From NCBI GenBank assembly GCA_965214785.1, contig OZ243975.1, positions 132,914 through 196,913 of the forward strand: a stretch of 64,000 nucleotides of DNA, given 5' to 3'. Made by a program: the position numbers and the translations under genes. Below, piece after piece: positions 45,449-56,900 of this stretch. The DNA is from Arenicellales bacterium. GTDB lineage: Bacteria; Pseudomonadota; Gammaproteobacteria; Arenicellales; JAJDZL01. A model generated the notes under the pieces. The model made no database searches. It saw nothing but the letters and a program-made list of their open reading frames with translations, and was not told the origin of the DNA. How positions within the stretch are numbered: position 1 is the stretch's first letter; each line of letters starts with the position of its first letter.

Positions 45449-45907
45449 CTAATTGGATAATACTTCCGGCCAGTTTGCGTCCGCTTTTCTAATATTGCCT
45501 GGAATGTCCTTGCTCCACTTTTTCCGCACGCTGCGGCTATAGTTCAGGTATAGCGTGTTGTCAACGATTGACCAGGCATCTGGGTCTGTACTGGCTGTGT
45601 AGTTATTAGACACTGCCCATGCGCAATAGCCGCCGTACTTGGGTGCCCACTTTTCTGGATCAGTCAGAAATATGTCACGATTATCAGCGCTGGCAAACCG
45701 CCAGGATGCACCGTTGTACTGTGCTGTGTAATTGTTATTGCCTTTTACAGGTTTTTCTTCAGTGTGATAGGCAACAGTGTCGTATCCTCGAATTGCAAAT
45801 TCACCCCGACCGGTAAATACCGCAGGCTGGTCGGCGTTAGCGACTGCAGAAAGCAAGGTTAAGGCGACTGCGGTACTTGCATACCTTAAAAAGCGTTTTG
45901 TCAGCAT
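45449..45907 (-). CDS. Periplasmic YHS-domain protein
   Basis: Signal peptide. YHS-type segment IRGYDTVAYHTE...YNGASWRFASADNRDIF...YGGYCAWAV. Confidence 0.7.
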   Translation of the reverse strand: MLTKRFLRYASTAVALTLLSAVANADQPAVFTGRGEFAIRGYDTVAYHTEEKPVKGNNNYTAQYNGASWRFASADNRDIFLTDPEKWAPKYGGYCAWAVSNNYTASTDPDAWSIVDNTLYLNYSRSVRKKWSKDIPGNIRKADANWPEVLSN

Positions 45908-46297
45908 TGCATTTTCTCCGAATAAATTAATGGCAATAGATCTTTTGCATTATGACAATGTTTATCTGCGAAAGGTGTCAATTTTGCCAACATAAAATAC
46001 ATTGAGATCTCGAATCGACGAATTTGAGCGATCCAGATCTGCAGCCTTTTGCATCAAAATTGTGCAAAGACTGTGATTCAGCTGGAAGTGCAGGTCGATG
46101 AGTATGGCGATCCGGCTTTTAATGCAACTAAAAATCTCGATTCGACAATCAGCAATCGGAACTGTTTGCAGCGAAAAAACGGTGTGATCAAAAAAATTCG
46201 AAATTCGAGTTGTATTTCTCACTGGAATTGCTGTGTTCAGCGAAGTAACCCTGTTCTCATCGCTTAATGATCTCAATACATTGAAGTCAGACCAGCA

Positions 46298-46768
46298 TCA
46301 AGAGGGAATGGCTTGCAGTACCTTTTCTGGATGGGTGAATACGTTTGGTACGCGCTTCCAATGTTTGATTATTTCAGCGTTTTTGCCAATCAGTACAGTT
46401 GATCGAATGACGCCGTCGATGAGTTTGCCATACATCATTTTTTTCCCATAAGCACCATAAGCACTCATCACCTGACGGTCTGGGTCTGACAGCAGTATGA
46501 ATGGCAGCTGGTGTTTGGATATGAACTTCTGATGAGATTGTCGTGAGTCTGCTGAGATGCCGATGATAACCGTGTCGGCTTGCTCGAATTCATTGAACAA
46601 ATCTCTAAACCCACAAGCCTCCTTCGTGCATCCCGGCGTGGCGTCTTTTGGATAGAAAAATACGACAACATTTTTACCGGAAAATTCTTCAAGTGTTCTC
46701 ACTTTGCCATATGAATCGCAAAGTGAGAAGGACGGTGGTTTCTGGCCTACGTTAATCGTTTTACTCAT
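46298..46768 (-). CDS. bcp: Peroxiredoxin Bcp (thiol peroxidase)
   Basis: FYPKDATPGCTKEAC active-site motif. 156 aa. Confidence 0.9.
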   Translation of the reverse strand: MSKTINVGQKPPSFSLCDSYGKVRTLEEFSGKNVVVFFYPKDATPGCTKEACGFRDLFNEFEQADTVIIGISADSRQSHQKFISKHQLPFILLSDPDRQVMSAYGAYGKKMMYGKLIDGVIRSTVLIGKNAEIIKHWKRVPNVFTHPEKVLQAIPS

Positions 46769-46890
46769 TGGTTTCCGCGAAGGTTGAAACGAATAGTGGC
46801 AATTTTATTTTGTATACAGCTATGCCTGAGAAATTTCTGTGCTGAAGGAGAATATTCGACTATCCCGTGACGAGTTGAATAATGAAACTT

Positions 46891-48366
46891 TGCCTCACCT
46901 ATGGATACACGGAAAATTGTGTGTATGCGCGGTAGACAGACAAGTAAAGCCGTCGAAATTCATGTGCCTAATCGGAGCAAAGTACAAACAGATTAGAATT
47001 GGCAATCTCAAACACCAAAGGTTCCAGTTGCTCAAACCGCTTGCGGCGGTTCTACGGGTAACGCCCGAAGGTAGTCGCCAAGAGATGGGATTGGGAACCG
47101 ATAATGAAAGGGAAGCTCACTCAACGGAGCCAGAAGACCTGCGTGCAATGCATTGGTTAAAAACTCACCAATGGTTTGATCTGTTGTTTTTCGTGAAGAT
47201 TCCGTCAGTCGGATCACTTCTTCATATGACAGGATGTCAGCTAACTCACCTTGTTTGTCAGCAGCTTTCAAAGCCAACTGCTTGTAAACCCACGGCGGAT
47301 TGCTGCCGGCTGCAAGCCGTCCTGCATAGTATTTGTTTTTCCGTTCAACACCATTTTTCAGCGCCTGTTCAAGCAAATGCCTTTCCAGCTGGCTTTCGTT
47401 AGTTTGTATCACCCGACCTGCAGCTACACCTACCCTATTGATGTGTTGTGGCCACCCTTGGGACAAGTCCGCTAAAGCATCTGCCCAGAAATCCTTTTCT
47501 TCCTCGGCTCCGGTATAGTAAGCATCAAACATGCGCCGAAAGGAACCGGTTGCATCCGCCGTTTCAAGAGGCTGCAGATTTACTAACCGCTCATCGGCAT
47601 ATCTTGACAAACCACACTGGCGCAATACCTGCTCAGTGTCGCTCAGACCAAAGAACGCTGCAACCAGAGGAATCTCCTTGGGCGGATCTTGTAAACAGCC
47701 CATCACGCCTTTAGTAGTACCCGCTTCCGGCGTATTTTGGGCTTCATCCACAAAGACCACCAGATGAAACTTTTCAAGCAAAGGCGAAGCTTCGCGGAAA
47801 ATGCGGGCCGACCTCACCGTCATTTCTGAAAGGCTGACAGTCTGTGATCTGCCACTTACAGAATTTCCCGCTACGCCAACTTCCCATTCTGACAATTCTC
47901 CGTACAATTTTCCGCCCAAGTCCAGTAATTTCTTAAAACTACGGGCAATTGCATCTGGCGCTATCTTTGAAAGTCGCTCGCTTTCTTTATTCGCTGCATC
48001 AATCAAGTCCATCACGACTTCGGCAGGTGACTCCAGGGTGTCTGGTTTGATAGATACAGCAACCCAGGGATCATCCGGTGTTGAATGACATCTGACAGCT
48101 TCCATACATTCTTGCATCAGCGCAGTTTTTCCGATACCGGGCGCACCTTGGAACACCATTGTGCCACCACCTACTTGCCCTGCACGGAGGCTTTCTACCG
48201 CATTGCGAAAGATATCGTACTCAGCATCTCGGCCATGAAAAAACGCCTCGCGACCGACTTCGGCGCGATCGGTTCGCTTCAGCCACACTTCCTCTGGCAG
48301 AGGTTTTACTGGCAATGGCTTGGGAAAAGGTCTTTGATGCATACAGGTTATTCTAGCCCAATTAGG
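46891..48366 (-). repeat. Direct repeat copy B (paralogous ATPase gene plus flanks)
   Basis: Same orientation as copy A, at a 21,151-bp offset. Confidence 0.85.
47032..48342 (-). CDS. P-loop NTPase, AAA_16/AAA_22 (STAND/ORC-like) type, copy 2
   Basis: Start placed at the ATG conserved with copy 1 (MHQRPFPKP, 48342). The upstream 31 codons of the track ORF have no counterpart at copy 1. Walker A GAPGIGKT, Walker B LVVFVDEAQ. Confidence 0.8.
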   Translation of the reverse strand: MHQRPFPKPLPVKPLPEEVWLKRTDRAEVGREAFFHGRDAEYDIFRNAVESLRAGQVGGGTMVFQGAPGIGKTALMQECMEAVRCHSTPDDPWVAVSIKPDTLESPAEVVMDLIDAANKESERLSKIAPDAIARSFKKLLDLGGKLYGELSEWEVGVAGNSVSGRSQTVSLSEMTVRSARIFREASPLLEKFHLVVFVDEAQNTPEAGTTKGVMGCLQDPPKEIPLVAAFFGLSDTEQVLRQCGLSRYADERLVNLQPLETADATGSFRRMFDAYYTGAEEEKDFWADALADLSQGWPQHINRVGVAAGRVIQTNESQLERHLLEQALKNGVERKNKYYAGRLAAGSNPPWVYKQLALKAADKQGELADILSYEEVIRLTESSRKTTDQTIGEFLTNALHAGLLAPLSELPFHYRFPIPSLGDYLRALPVEPPQAV

Positions 48367-48779
48367 TCCGGCATTCTTTCTTCGGATTTTGGTGGTCGGT
48401 CTGATTATTGTTGATTGGTACCCTTTTTGCATCAAAACCGGGTCGCAGTGGCGGGATCAAGATAACGCTTGCATTGAAACCATCGACTCACGCTTACTCT
48501 TGATAAACCTTTCAATTTTGGCACGTTGCTTGTCGGTTGACGGCAAACTGAACCCCCGACCTTTGTCCACCATTCCTCTCAACCTGTGGTCTGGCTGAAA
48601 ATATACTATTGAAGTAATTCACATACATAGGCGTTGTCGTAACTGGTGTAATCAGACATCCTTGGCAGGCTCGTGAAAATTCGGTTTAAGGTTCACAAAA
48701 TTGTCGCTTTGTGGTGTTGAGCGATTATCGTGTGAACAAAATCATTCGGCATCAGCTTTCAGTTTGATATTTCTTACAT

Positions 48780-49781
48780 ATGAATGTAACTGCTCCACTT
48801 AGATTTATTAATCTCGGTACTATCCCGTTTCGTCAATCGCAAAGCGTATATCACGCAGTCGCTGCCACCATGAGCGAAAATACGCCCGATACGATCATTA
48901 TTTGCAGCCCGCTCCAGCCATATTATTGTTTGGGATACCATCAGTCTTATCGTCAAGTGATTGACCCAAAAGCCCGACGGAAACTGAGGTTCCCCGTCAT
49001 GCGTCGTCGCCTCGGCGGAGGAATGACTTATCTGGACAGTAATCAACTTTTCTATCAGTGCGTATTTCACCGCAGTCGCAGTCCTGTCATACCAGCACAG
49101 GTTTATCAATCCAAGCTCGATGCTCCAATCAAAACTCTAAAGCGAATTAATTTACAAGCACAATTGCTATACACGAATGAAATTGAGGTGGGCGGCAAAA
49201 GAATTGCGGGAATCGGAGGAGGGTTGATCGGGCAGGCCAATGTTGTCGTAGGCAATTTTCTTCGAGATTTCCAATTCGAGTCCATGGCAGACATAATTAA
49301 TGCTCCATGCCTGGAATTTCGCAGCCTGGCATTACAGACAATGCGCAAAAGAATTACCACGCTGAGGGCGAACAATTGTGACGATCGCTGGGATGAGTTG
49401 CCGAATATGCTGTTTGAAGAATATTGTCGATCATTGGGCAGACCGGGATTTTGGGGTGAGTTGACAGCCGAAGAAAAGCAAAAGTCCCAATCAGTTGCTG
49501 AAAAAATGACTTCCCAAAAATACCTTAATGCGCGCGACGAAAATCATTCGTATCCTGCCTGCTTGACTCGACTGAAAATCTCCGGCTCTACAAGCATTGA
49601 ATTGACTGCATTGAATAGCCATGTATCCAACCCATTCGTAGTCTTGGTCAAACACAACGGTACAACTGAACACGCTGAAGTGGTAGATAAGCTTAGAGAT
49701 GATTTGCAGCCAGTTGATTTGCTAAGAAAAATACGGCGGCTACAAAACGAGGAAATTCCAGCAGATTTACGGCGAGGGTAG
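48780..49781 (+). CDS. Orphan biotin/lipoate A/B protein-ligase-family protein (LplA/LipM-like)
   Basis: RRRLGGGMTYLD and GGKRIAGIGGG motifs correspond to the RRxTGGGAV and GxKI(S/A)G motifs of the BPL_LplA_LipB family. 333 aa. Confidence 0.65.
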   Translation: MNVTAPLRFINLGTIPFRQSQSVYHAVAATMSENTPDTIIICSPLQPYYCLGYHQSYRQVIDPKARRKLRFPVMRRRLGGGMTYLDSNQLFYQCVFHRSRSPVIPAQVYQSKLDAPIKTLKRINLQAQLLYTNEIEVGGKRIAGIGGGLIGQANVVVGNFLRDFQFESMADIINAPCLEFRSLALQTMRKRITTLRANNCDDRWDELPNMLFEEYCRSLGRPGFWGELTAEEKQKSQSVAEKMTSQKYLNARDENHSYPACLTRLKISGSTSIELTALNSHVSNPFVVLVKHNGTTEHAEVVDKLRDDLQPVDLLRKIRRLQNEEIPADLRRG

Positions 49782-49912
49782 GGAATTGCCGTACTGCTGA
49801 AACACAAATCTGGAACAAATGGTTGCACTTTGCGTCTAAATTCGTTAAAAATGCGTTAAGCACGGTTTAAAGCGTGTGGTTGACATAGAGTCATAGAGGT
49901 TTTGCGGTAAAA

Positions 49913-50995
49913 ATGTGGACATTCGTTAAATTAATTTTTCATTCGCTTGCGATAGCGGTGCTGATGGTGGGAACAGCAAACCTGTCGGTGGCGCAGCAAA
50001 GCGAGTTGACGCAAAATGCTACGGAAGCATCCCCTGGTCAGTTTCTTGGCGCCAAACCAACTGAATATCCATCGTGGTTTAAGGAAAGTTTCCTCGAGTT
50101 TAGCGACGACATTGCAGAAGCCGCTGAACACGGTAAGCGAGTCATGCTTTTGTTTCATCAAGATGGGTGCCCATATTGCAATTTACTGGTTGAGAGAAAC
50201 CTAAGTCAGAAAGATATTGTCGAATTGATGCAATCTAAGCTTGATGTAATTGCGATCAATATGTGGGGAGACCGACAAGTCGTTACTGTAGATGGCGAGC
50301 CTTTCACCGAAAAACAGCTTGCAGGCGCATTAAAAGTTCAATTTACGCCAACGATGCTGTTTTTGAATGAATCGGGCAAGCCTATCTTGACCCTTAACGG
50401 ATATCTGCCGCCTGACGAATTTTTGACTGCAATTCGCTACGTCACCGAATCGCGGGAGACAGAAACAACATACCGCGAATTCGTGAAAGACAATCTGCAC
50501 AAAACAGATGACTCAGGTGAATTGATTGCCCAGCCGTTTTTTCAGAATCCACCCTACGACTTTCGCAGAAGCGATGAAGTTTCAGACAGACCTTTGGCGG
50601 TATTTTTTGAGCAAAAACAGTGTCCAAACTGTCAAACGCTGCACTCAAAGGTGCTGGTTGATCACCAAACCCGGGATTTGATTGCCAAGTATGACACGGC
50701 GCAGTTAGATATGTGGTCCAATACACCTGTTGTAACCCCTCAGGGATTGCAGACAACCGCCAAAGACTGGGCTTCCACTTTGAAAGTGAGCTTTGCTCCA
50801 ACGATCGTTTTATTCAATCCATCCGGACAGGAAGTCATCCGCTCAGAAGCGTGGTTCAAGATATTTCACACCCAATCGCTGTTCGATTACGTGTTGTCTC
50901 AATCCTATCAGACGCAGCCGAGTTTTCAGCGATATATCTCTGAGCGTGCCGAGCATCTCATCGAACAAGGTATGGATGTCAATATTTGGGAATGA
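49913..50995 (+). CDS. Periplasmic protein with two tandem thioredoxin-like (SoxW/Thioredoxin_7-like) domains
   Basis: Signal peptide. Two CxxC motifs in matching contexts (VMLLFHQDGCPYCNLL and LAVFFEQKQCPNCQTL). Each half resembles the 63446 SoxW-like protein (VMFELNDCPWCERM). Confidence 0.7.
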   Translation: MWTFVKLIFHSLAIAVLMVGTANLSVAQQSELTQNATEASPGQFLGAKPTEYPSWFKESFLEFSDDIAEAAEHGKRVMLLFHQDGCPYCNLLVERNLSQKDIVELMQSKLDVIAINMWGDRQVVTVDGEPFTEKQLAGALKVQFTPTMLFLNESGKPILTLNGYLPPDEFLTAIRYVTESRETETTYREFVKDNLHKTDDSGELIAQPFFQNPPYDFRRSDEVSDRPLAVFFEQKQCPNCQTLHSKVLVDHQTRDLIAKYDTAQLDMWSNTPVVTPQGLQTTAKDWASTLKVSFAPTIVLFNPSGQEVIRSEAWFKIFHTQSLFDYVLSQSYQTQPSFQRYISERAEHLIEQGMDVNIWE

Positions 50996-50998
50996 GAT

Positions 50999-53900
50999 TC
51001 ACCGCATATTGATCAGTTCCTGAATCGAAACAGATTCAAGAAGTGACGCAGCACTGATTTGAATGTTGCTTTTGGTGCGCAGTTGGTGGGAAAGTTCCAC
51101 CGCCTGAAGACTGTCAATGCCCAAATCCACGACCAATTGTTCGAGTTCGATTTGATCTTTGGGGATTCCGATAACACTGCAAATGCAGTTGTAAACACTG
51201 TCGGCAACATCGTTTGGCCCTGAAACGCTGCCGTTTTGTGACTTGCGGTCGATTTGCTTTGCCGCCGAAGGCGTTGCACGGTCGTCGGAATCAATTGATT
51301 TGCGTTCATTGTGTGAATTTGCCCACTGTCCAGCAGCAATAGCGACTTGAGGTGATGGGTGATTCATCAGCACGCTTTTAAGCTTGTTCAACATCGCTTC
51401 AGCACTGCAGCCGCTCACTCCATAACGTGCGTTTATCGCATCGGATCGTCGAAGATTGTCGGCCACATATCCGCAGTCTGATACGCCACCCCAATTTACA
51501 GACAGTGCATTGATGCCATGGTCAGTCAGATAACTGGAGAAAGAATCAATGAATGCATTCGCTGCAGCATAGGCCGATTGACCTGCAGGTCCGACCAAAG
51601 AAGTAATCGATGAATACATGACGAAACAGTCGAGTTGCAGGTGTTTTGTCAATTGATAAAGGTTCCATGCTCCGATTACCTTTGCGCCCGCAGATTGAAA
51701 ATAACTTGCGCTGTCGACCTGCGTCAGAGCATGATCATTGATTTCCATTGCACAATGAAACACCCCTCGCACCTGTGGCAGCAACTTCATTGCCTTGCCA
51801 AGTGATTTTTTCAAACTCGATAACTCACAGATGTCTGCAGCCACGTGGTGGACCGCAGTGCCTGATTTTTCCATTTCATATTTTGCTTTTTGAAAGTCCT
51901 GCGAATTGCCTTGGTTACGATTAATTGTGATGATGTGCTTCGCTCCATTATGGCTAAGCCATTTCACGGTAGCCAGACCAAAGCCTCCTGCCCCGCCGGA
52001 AACAACATAAGTACTGTCACAGCGAACAAAATTCAATTGTGGAGCCAAGGGTCGGGCGATGGGCAAGTCTTCCATCGATATCACGCATTTTCCGATATGC
52101 TGAGCGCTGGCCATTGATTTGAACGCCTGTTTTGCGCGCCTTGCAGTAAAAATTTCACAAGGAAGCAACGGTAGTTTCTGCTGTTCAATTAATTTCATCG
52201 ACTCGCGCAACAGACTTGATAACTGCTCGGGGTCATCTTTCCACAGCCGATCAATATCGACGATGTGAATACTCGTGTTTTTATTGTTGGATCCAATAGC
52301 CTGATGAATCACATTTTGGTCTTTGTATTTTCCAAGTTCTATGAAAGACCCAAATTCGCTAAGAACATGCTGATTTGCTTCAGCGAGTGTTCCTCCGAGA
52401 GTATTGACCACAATATCGACCCCCCGGCCGTCTGTCCATCGCAGAACATCCTCAACGAATCGCTTCGAGCGTGAGTCGGACACATATTCGACTCCCAACA
52501 AGTTGAGTAATTCTGTTTTCTCTTTACTGCCTGCGGTAGCGAAAATTCTCAACCCTTTTTGGCGTGCCAGCGCAATGAGCATCAGACCCACACCACCCGA
52601 TGCAGTGTGAATCAAGATGGATGAATTTTTGCCAATGTCCGGGATTTTCGCCAGGCTGTAGAGTCCGGTTATCAGCGAAACTGGCAGCCCAGCAGCCTGA
52701 TTTGAACCGACAGTGTCAATACTCAGGGGATATGCAAAATTCTCATTTACACTCACATATCCTGATAGGGCTGCCGGTGACAGCGCGACCACACGGTCAC
52801 CTGGAATCAGTTTGGTTACTTTGCATCCCACTTGAACCACAACCCCCGCACATTCGATACCGAGCCTGTCTTGGGCTGCGCCCGCAAATACTGCGCTTTG
52901 TTCGAGTGCGTCCAGAGCGACCATAACATCCCTGAAATTCAATGCCGCGGCTTGAACTTCGACAACGACTTGGAAATCCGATGGCACTGGAAAATCGGTT
53001 GAAGTGAAATTCACACTGTCGAGATTTCCCGGTTCAGTGCACACGAGCGAATAGTTACGGTCGCTTGAAAAGTCAGTTGTGTTTGCCTCAATTGAGCGCA
53101 ATACCGGAACATATAGTTTTGAACCGCGAATCGACACTTCTTCATGCCCGTCATTGTGCATGATGAACTGCACCAAAGCCTCAATTGAGTTGTCGCAATT
53201 CTCATCGATGTCAACTATCGTGCATTGGGACTGGCGGTACTCATTTCGAATTGTGCGTCCGGTAGACCAGATTTCAGCGTTAAAGCACTGCGCAAGATTT
53301 GAAATGCCATCACCTTGATGCACATTGGATGATACAAACGTCAATCGAGGCAGCGCTAAAGTCAGTTCATCCAGCGCTTTGAGCAAACAGCTGACCATTA
53401 CGGTAAACGATGATTCGGTCTGTAACTGGGAAACTTCGACCTGCGCAGCAGGTGGCGCTGTGAAATTCCACAATATGATGATCTCCTGTGGTTGTTGTGC
53501 TGTCTTTTCGATAGACTGAAACAATTCTTTATAATCGCCAACCTCAAACGGTCGCATCGAATAGCACTGTTTGTTTTTCGAGAATTGTTCACCGCGAATG
53601 ACCCGCAGAGTCTTGTTTTTTCCAAAACTGGTGGTAAAACGGTCCGAAAACTCACCGGAATCAGAAAAAATCAGTTTGCAGGTGTCTGCTTTAGAGTTGA
53701 CAGAAACTGGCAGATCAGTTTTGGAACATTGCGCCAGAAATACTGCGTGTAAAGGCGCATTGTCGTGGACAAAATCCGCTGCGATGTTTGTGCATTTGAA
53801 ATTCCCCGAGTTAAGGGTTTGCTTCCACAGACTGATCAAATCGTCTGTATCGTTAGTCGTGTCATGAACATTTGCAGTGTTGTGCCAATCTGGCAACATT

Positions 53901-56900
53901 CCAAATACCAGATGAGCCCAATCGGGCTGTTTGATCATTTCACAAAACAGCAAGAATCCTCCCGGCACAAGTATGGCGTCAATAAACGACATTGTATGGT
54001 TCGGATTTGTAGCAAGATGCAATGCATCATTTGCAATGACAATGTCAAAGTGGTTTTCCTTAAACCCTTGAACTTGCGGGTCTGCGTTCAGGTCGAATTG
54101 ATCGAAGCTAACGTTGTCGAGGTGCCCGAAATTGTGTCTCGCTTGTCGTATGAAACTGCTAGAGACATCGGTGAAGGTGTACTCTACATTGTTAGCGGTC
54201 AAAAGATTTTCAAGATGAAACATCACAGCTGCCGTTCCACCGCCGATTTCAAGAATTTTCAAAGGCCGTTCAAATGGCCATTTGCTAAGCAGGTCTCGTA
54301 AGACTGCAGTGATGACTTCGTTGTAGATCAGGCAGGTTGGTGAAGCCCGATAGAATTTGCGCAAATCAGTCATGTCTCCTTGAGGAAACAGAACATCAAG
54401 TCCGCTTTTTTCACCTCGCAGCACTTCAGGCAGATGCCGCCCGCAGCGCTCAATTAGAATCACTTCCAACAGGTACTGAGCCGAATCAAATCTGCCTGTA
54501 AATTCGACGACAGCCTGTCTTACGCCTTGCGGCAGGTCTTGCTTTACAAAAACCAAGTTCTCGTTCGCCGAAGGTGAGTTGTCAGTCTGTGGCTTTATTT
54601 GAACGTAAGCAGCACGCTCCAACAAAGCCAGCAGCGAACCAAACAGAGGTTCTTGGGTTTTGGCAACGCGAAGATTTTTCTTCAGTTCGCGAATCGTAAG
54701 AACATCATTTCGGTTTGATATCCCACCACATCGAAAACAATCACCAATAAATGACAATGCGACAGCGGTGAGTTGATCAGCAACGTGACTGTAATAGGCG
54801 TGGCGCTTATTGCGCACGGCCGCGGTGTCGCAAAATTTCTGAATTGTTTCACAATGACTGTCTGATAAGGGTTCGAACCATGCTTGATGTGTCGCTGCCA
54901 GTTGCGTCGGTACCCAGGTCGGCAAGACAATCTGAGGGTCTTTGTCCTGTTCGAGTGCATCAGTACATTGCAAAGCACGCAGTTGCAATCCGGATACCTG
55001 CGCAATCACTGCAGTGTCAGAAAATATCGTCAGGTTCAATATCAAGACATTTTCAATTTTTGATATGACCTTTAGGTGACACCACACTTCAGAGCCTGGA
55101 CGGTGCATATAGCAGATGCGTTCAATTTTTTCTGGCAGGTAAATTTCGCGATTGATTTTACCGGTGAGCCACGACAATCGAAAACACAGGTCCAGCAAAC
55201 CGGGATCTAACAGGTATTGCTGATCACATAATCTGACAGATGCACCAGCATCGATTTTTGCAAGCAGTTCTTCGCCATTGATTTGTTTTACTTTCCGAAT
55301 CAGCCAACTTGTGCGTTCTGCCTGTAATCCCATTCGCTCAAGCTCGTCAAACAGGTTTTGCGGCGTGTCCACTACATCGGCGTTTTTAAATTTTTTTACG
55401 ATTCCATCTGTGTCGAGTGCGACGCTTGCGCATTGCAACTGGCCGCGGCAAAAAATTATCGGCTCTGCAACACAACTCGATCTGACTGTAAACAAAAGCT
55501 GATTGTCATTTTCGGTATTGTTGATCTCAAGTAAGAATTTGCGTTGTTCACTTGTTGGTTTACTGTCAACAGCCAGCATTTGCCTGAATTGAATGTCACT
55601 GACTTCCAAAGACGTTGTACCAAGAGTCTGTTGACCGGCTTGTAATGCAGACTCGATGTAACCGGCTGCAGGGTAGACGATTTCACCGCGAATTGTGTGT
55701 TTGCGAAGCCATGCCAGCTGCCCGATGTCGATGTTCATTTCCCAATGGTGAGATGACAGGTCACAAGATGTGATCAGCGATGGATAGTTGACTGAATCGT
55801 TGGTCTGACCCGAGATGGAGGTGGTTTTGTTCTGCGGCTCGATCCAATAGCGCTTGCGCTCCCAGTGATGCTCTGCAAATGCTACGATCTGAGCGGGTGG
55901 GTTGATTTTTCGCCAGTCAATATCGACACCTGCACAAAAAAGCTCTGCGACACTCGTTCGCATCGCAGCACAGTCGTGCTTTTGCTGATTCAGCGACTGA
56001 AAATGTCGGCCGGTTACGCCCTTTGTTTGCAAACACTGAACAATGCTATAGGACAAGGTGGGATGAGAGCCGATTTCAACAAAATTACAAATGCCATTTT
56101 GTACAGCTGTATCCATGGCATCTCGAAACCGAACAGGTTCTCGAAAGTTGTTCCACCAAAACTCGCTGTCAATTTCGTCTTCAGTGATTGTTTTGCCGCT
56201 GACCGATGAAATCCAATTTAGTCGTCGTGGCTTTATCGAAAATCCCGAAGTTTTTGCTATGACTTCATCTCTTGCGCTGTCGATCAATCTGCAGTGAAAG
56301 GGAACATGGATTTCGAGCACTCGACAAAACACTGCGGATTTGCTCAGTTTGTTTTCGATCCGCTTGATGCATTTGTTCGTGCCTGCAAACGTTATTGACT
56401 GATCACAGTTGTGTGCCGCGATAAAAAGTTCATCTTTATATTGTCCGACCAGCTCAAGTGCTTTGTCCATCGAGACAGCCGTTGCGAGCATGGCTCCGTG
56501 GCGGGTGAACTGATTGAGCGCGCTGGCTCTGTTAACAACAATTTTAATTGCATCATAAATGCTGATGCAGCCAGCTGCGCAAGCAGCAGCAACTTCCCCT
56601 AGACTGTGACCCATGACTGTCGATGGCGTGACATTCCACGACTTCCATAACTCAAAAAGGGCTGTTTGCAAGGTGAAATGCACACAGTGTGTTGAGACGA
56701 TATCGTCGGGCAGCGGGCGTTGATGACGGGTAAAAAACTCACTGACGCATTTGAGTTGATATCGCTGTTTCAAAATTGAGTCGCAAAGATCAATGATCGA
56801 GCGAAACACCGGTTCTGTCTGGAACAGTTGCCTGCCTGCATCACCTAAGTGTCCTCCAAGTCCGTTAAAAACGAATGCGAGATTCCTGTTGTCAGACTGT

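Noticed and set aside
45962-46276. 104-aa minus-strand ORF in the 390-bp bcp-YHS intergenic region
   Set aside because: No motif, odd composition, no convincing RBS. It could be real but cannot be supported from sequence alone.
46839-47402. 187-aa plus-strand ORF overlapping the 3' end of ATPase copy 2
   Set aside because: It is antisense to a well-supported gene. There is no equivalent ORF at copy 1 and no recognisable motif.
48343-48435. 31-codon N-terminal extension of ATPase copy 2 given by the ORF track
   Set aside because: Similarity to copy 1 stops about 25 nt upstream of the shared MHQRPFPKP start. The conserved ATG at 48342 is the parsimonious start.
25348-48779. Calling the whole region between the lipoate genes and the LplA-like gene a mobile genomic island
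   Set aside because: I could recognise no integrase, transposase, conjugation gene, tRNA target or short flanking att-like repeats. The gdhB-adh-YHS-bcp part has backbone composition. Only 27.2-38.8 kb looks compositionally foreign.
48436-48779. Possible tRNA or tRNA-fragment (att-like) sequence near 48,540-48,600 at the right edge of repeat copy B
   Set aside because: The GGTCGGGGGTTCAG-like stretch on the minus strand has no complementary T-stem or acceptor stem when folded by eye.
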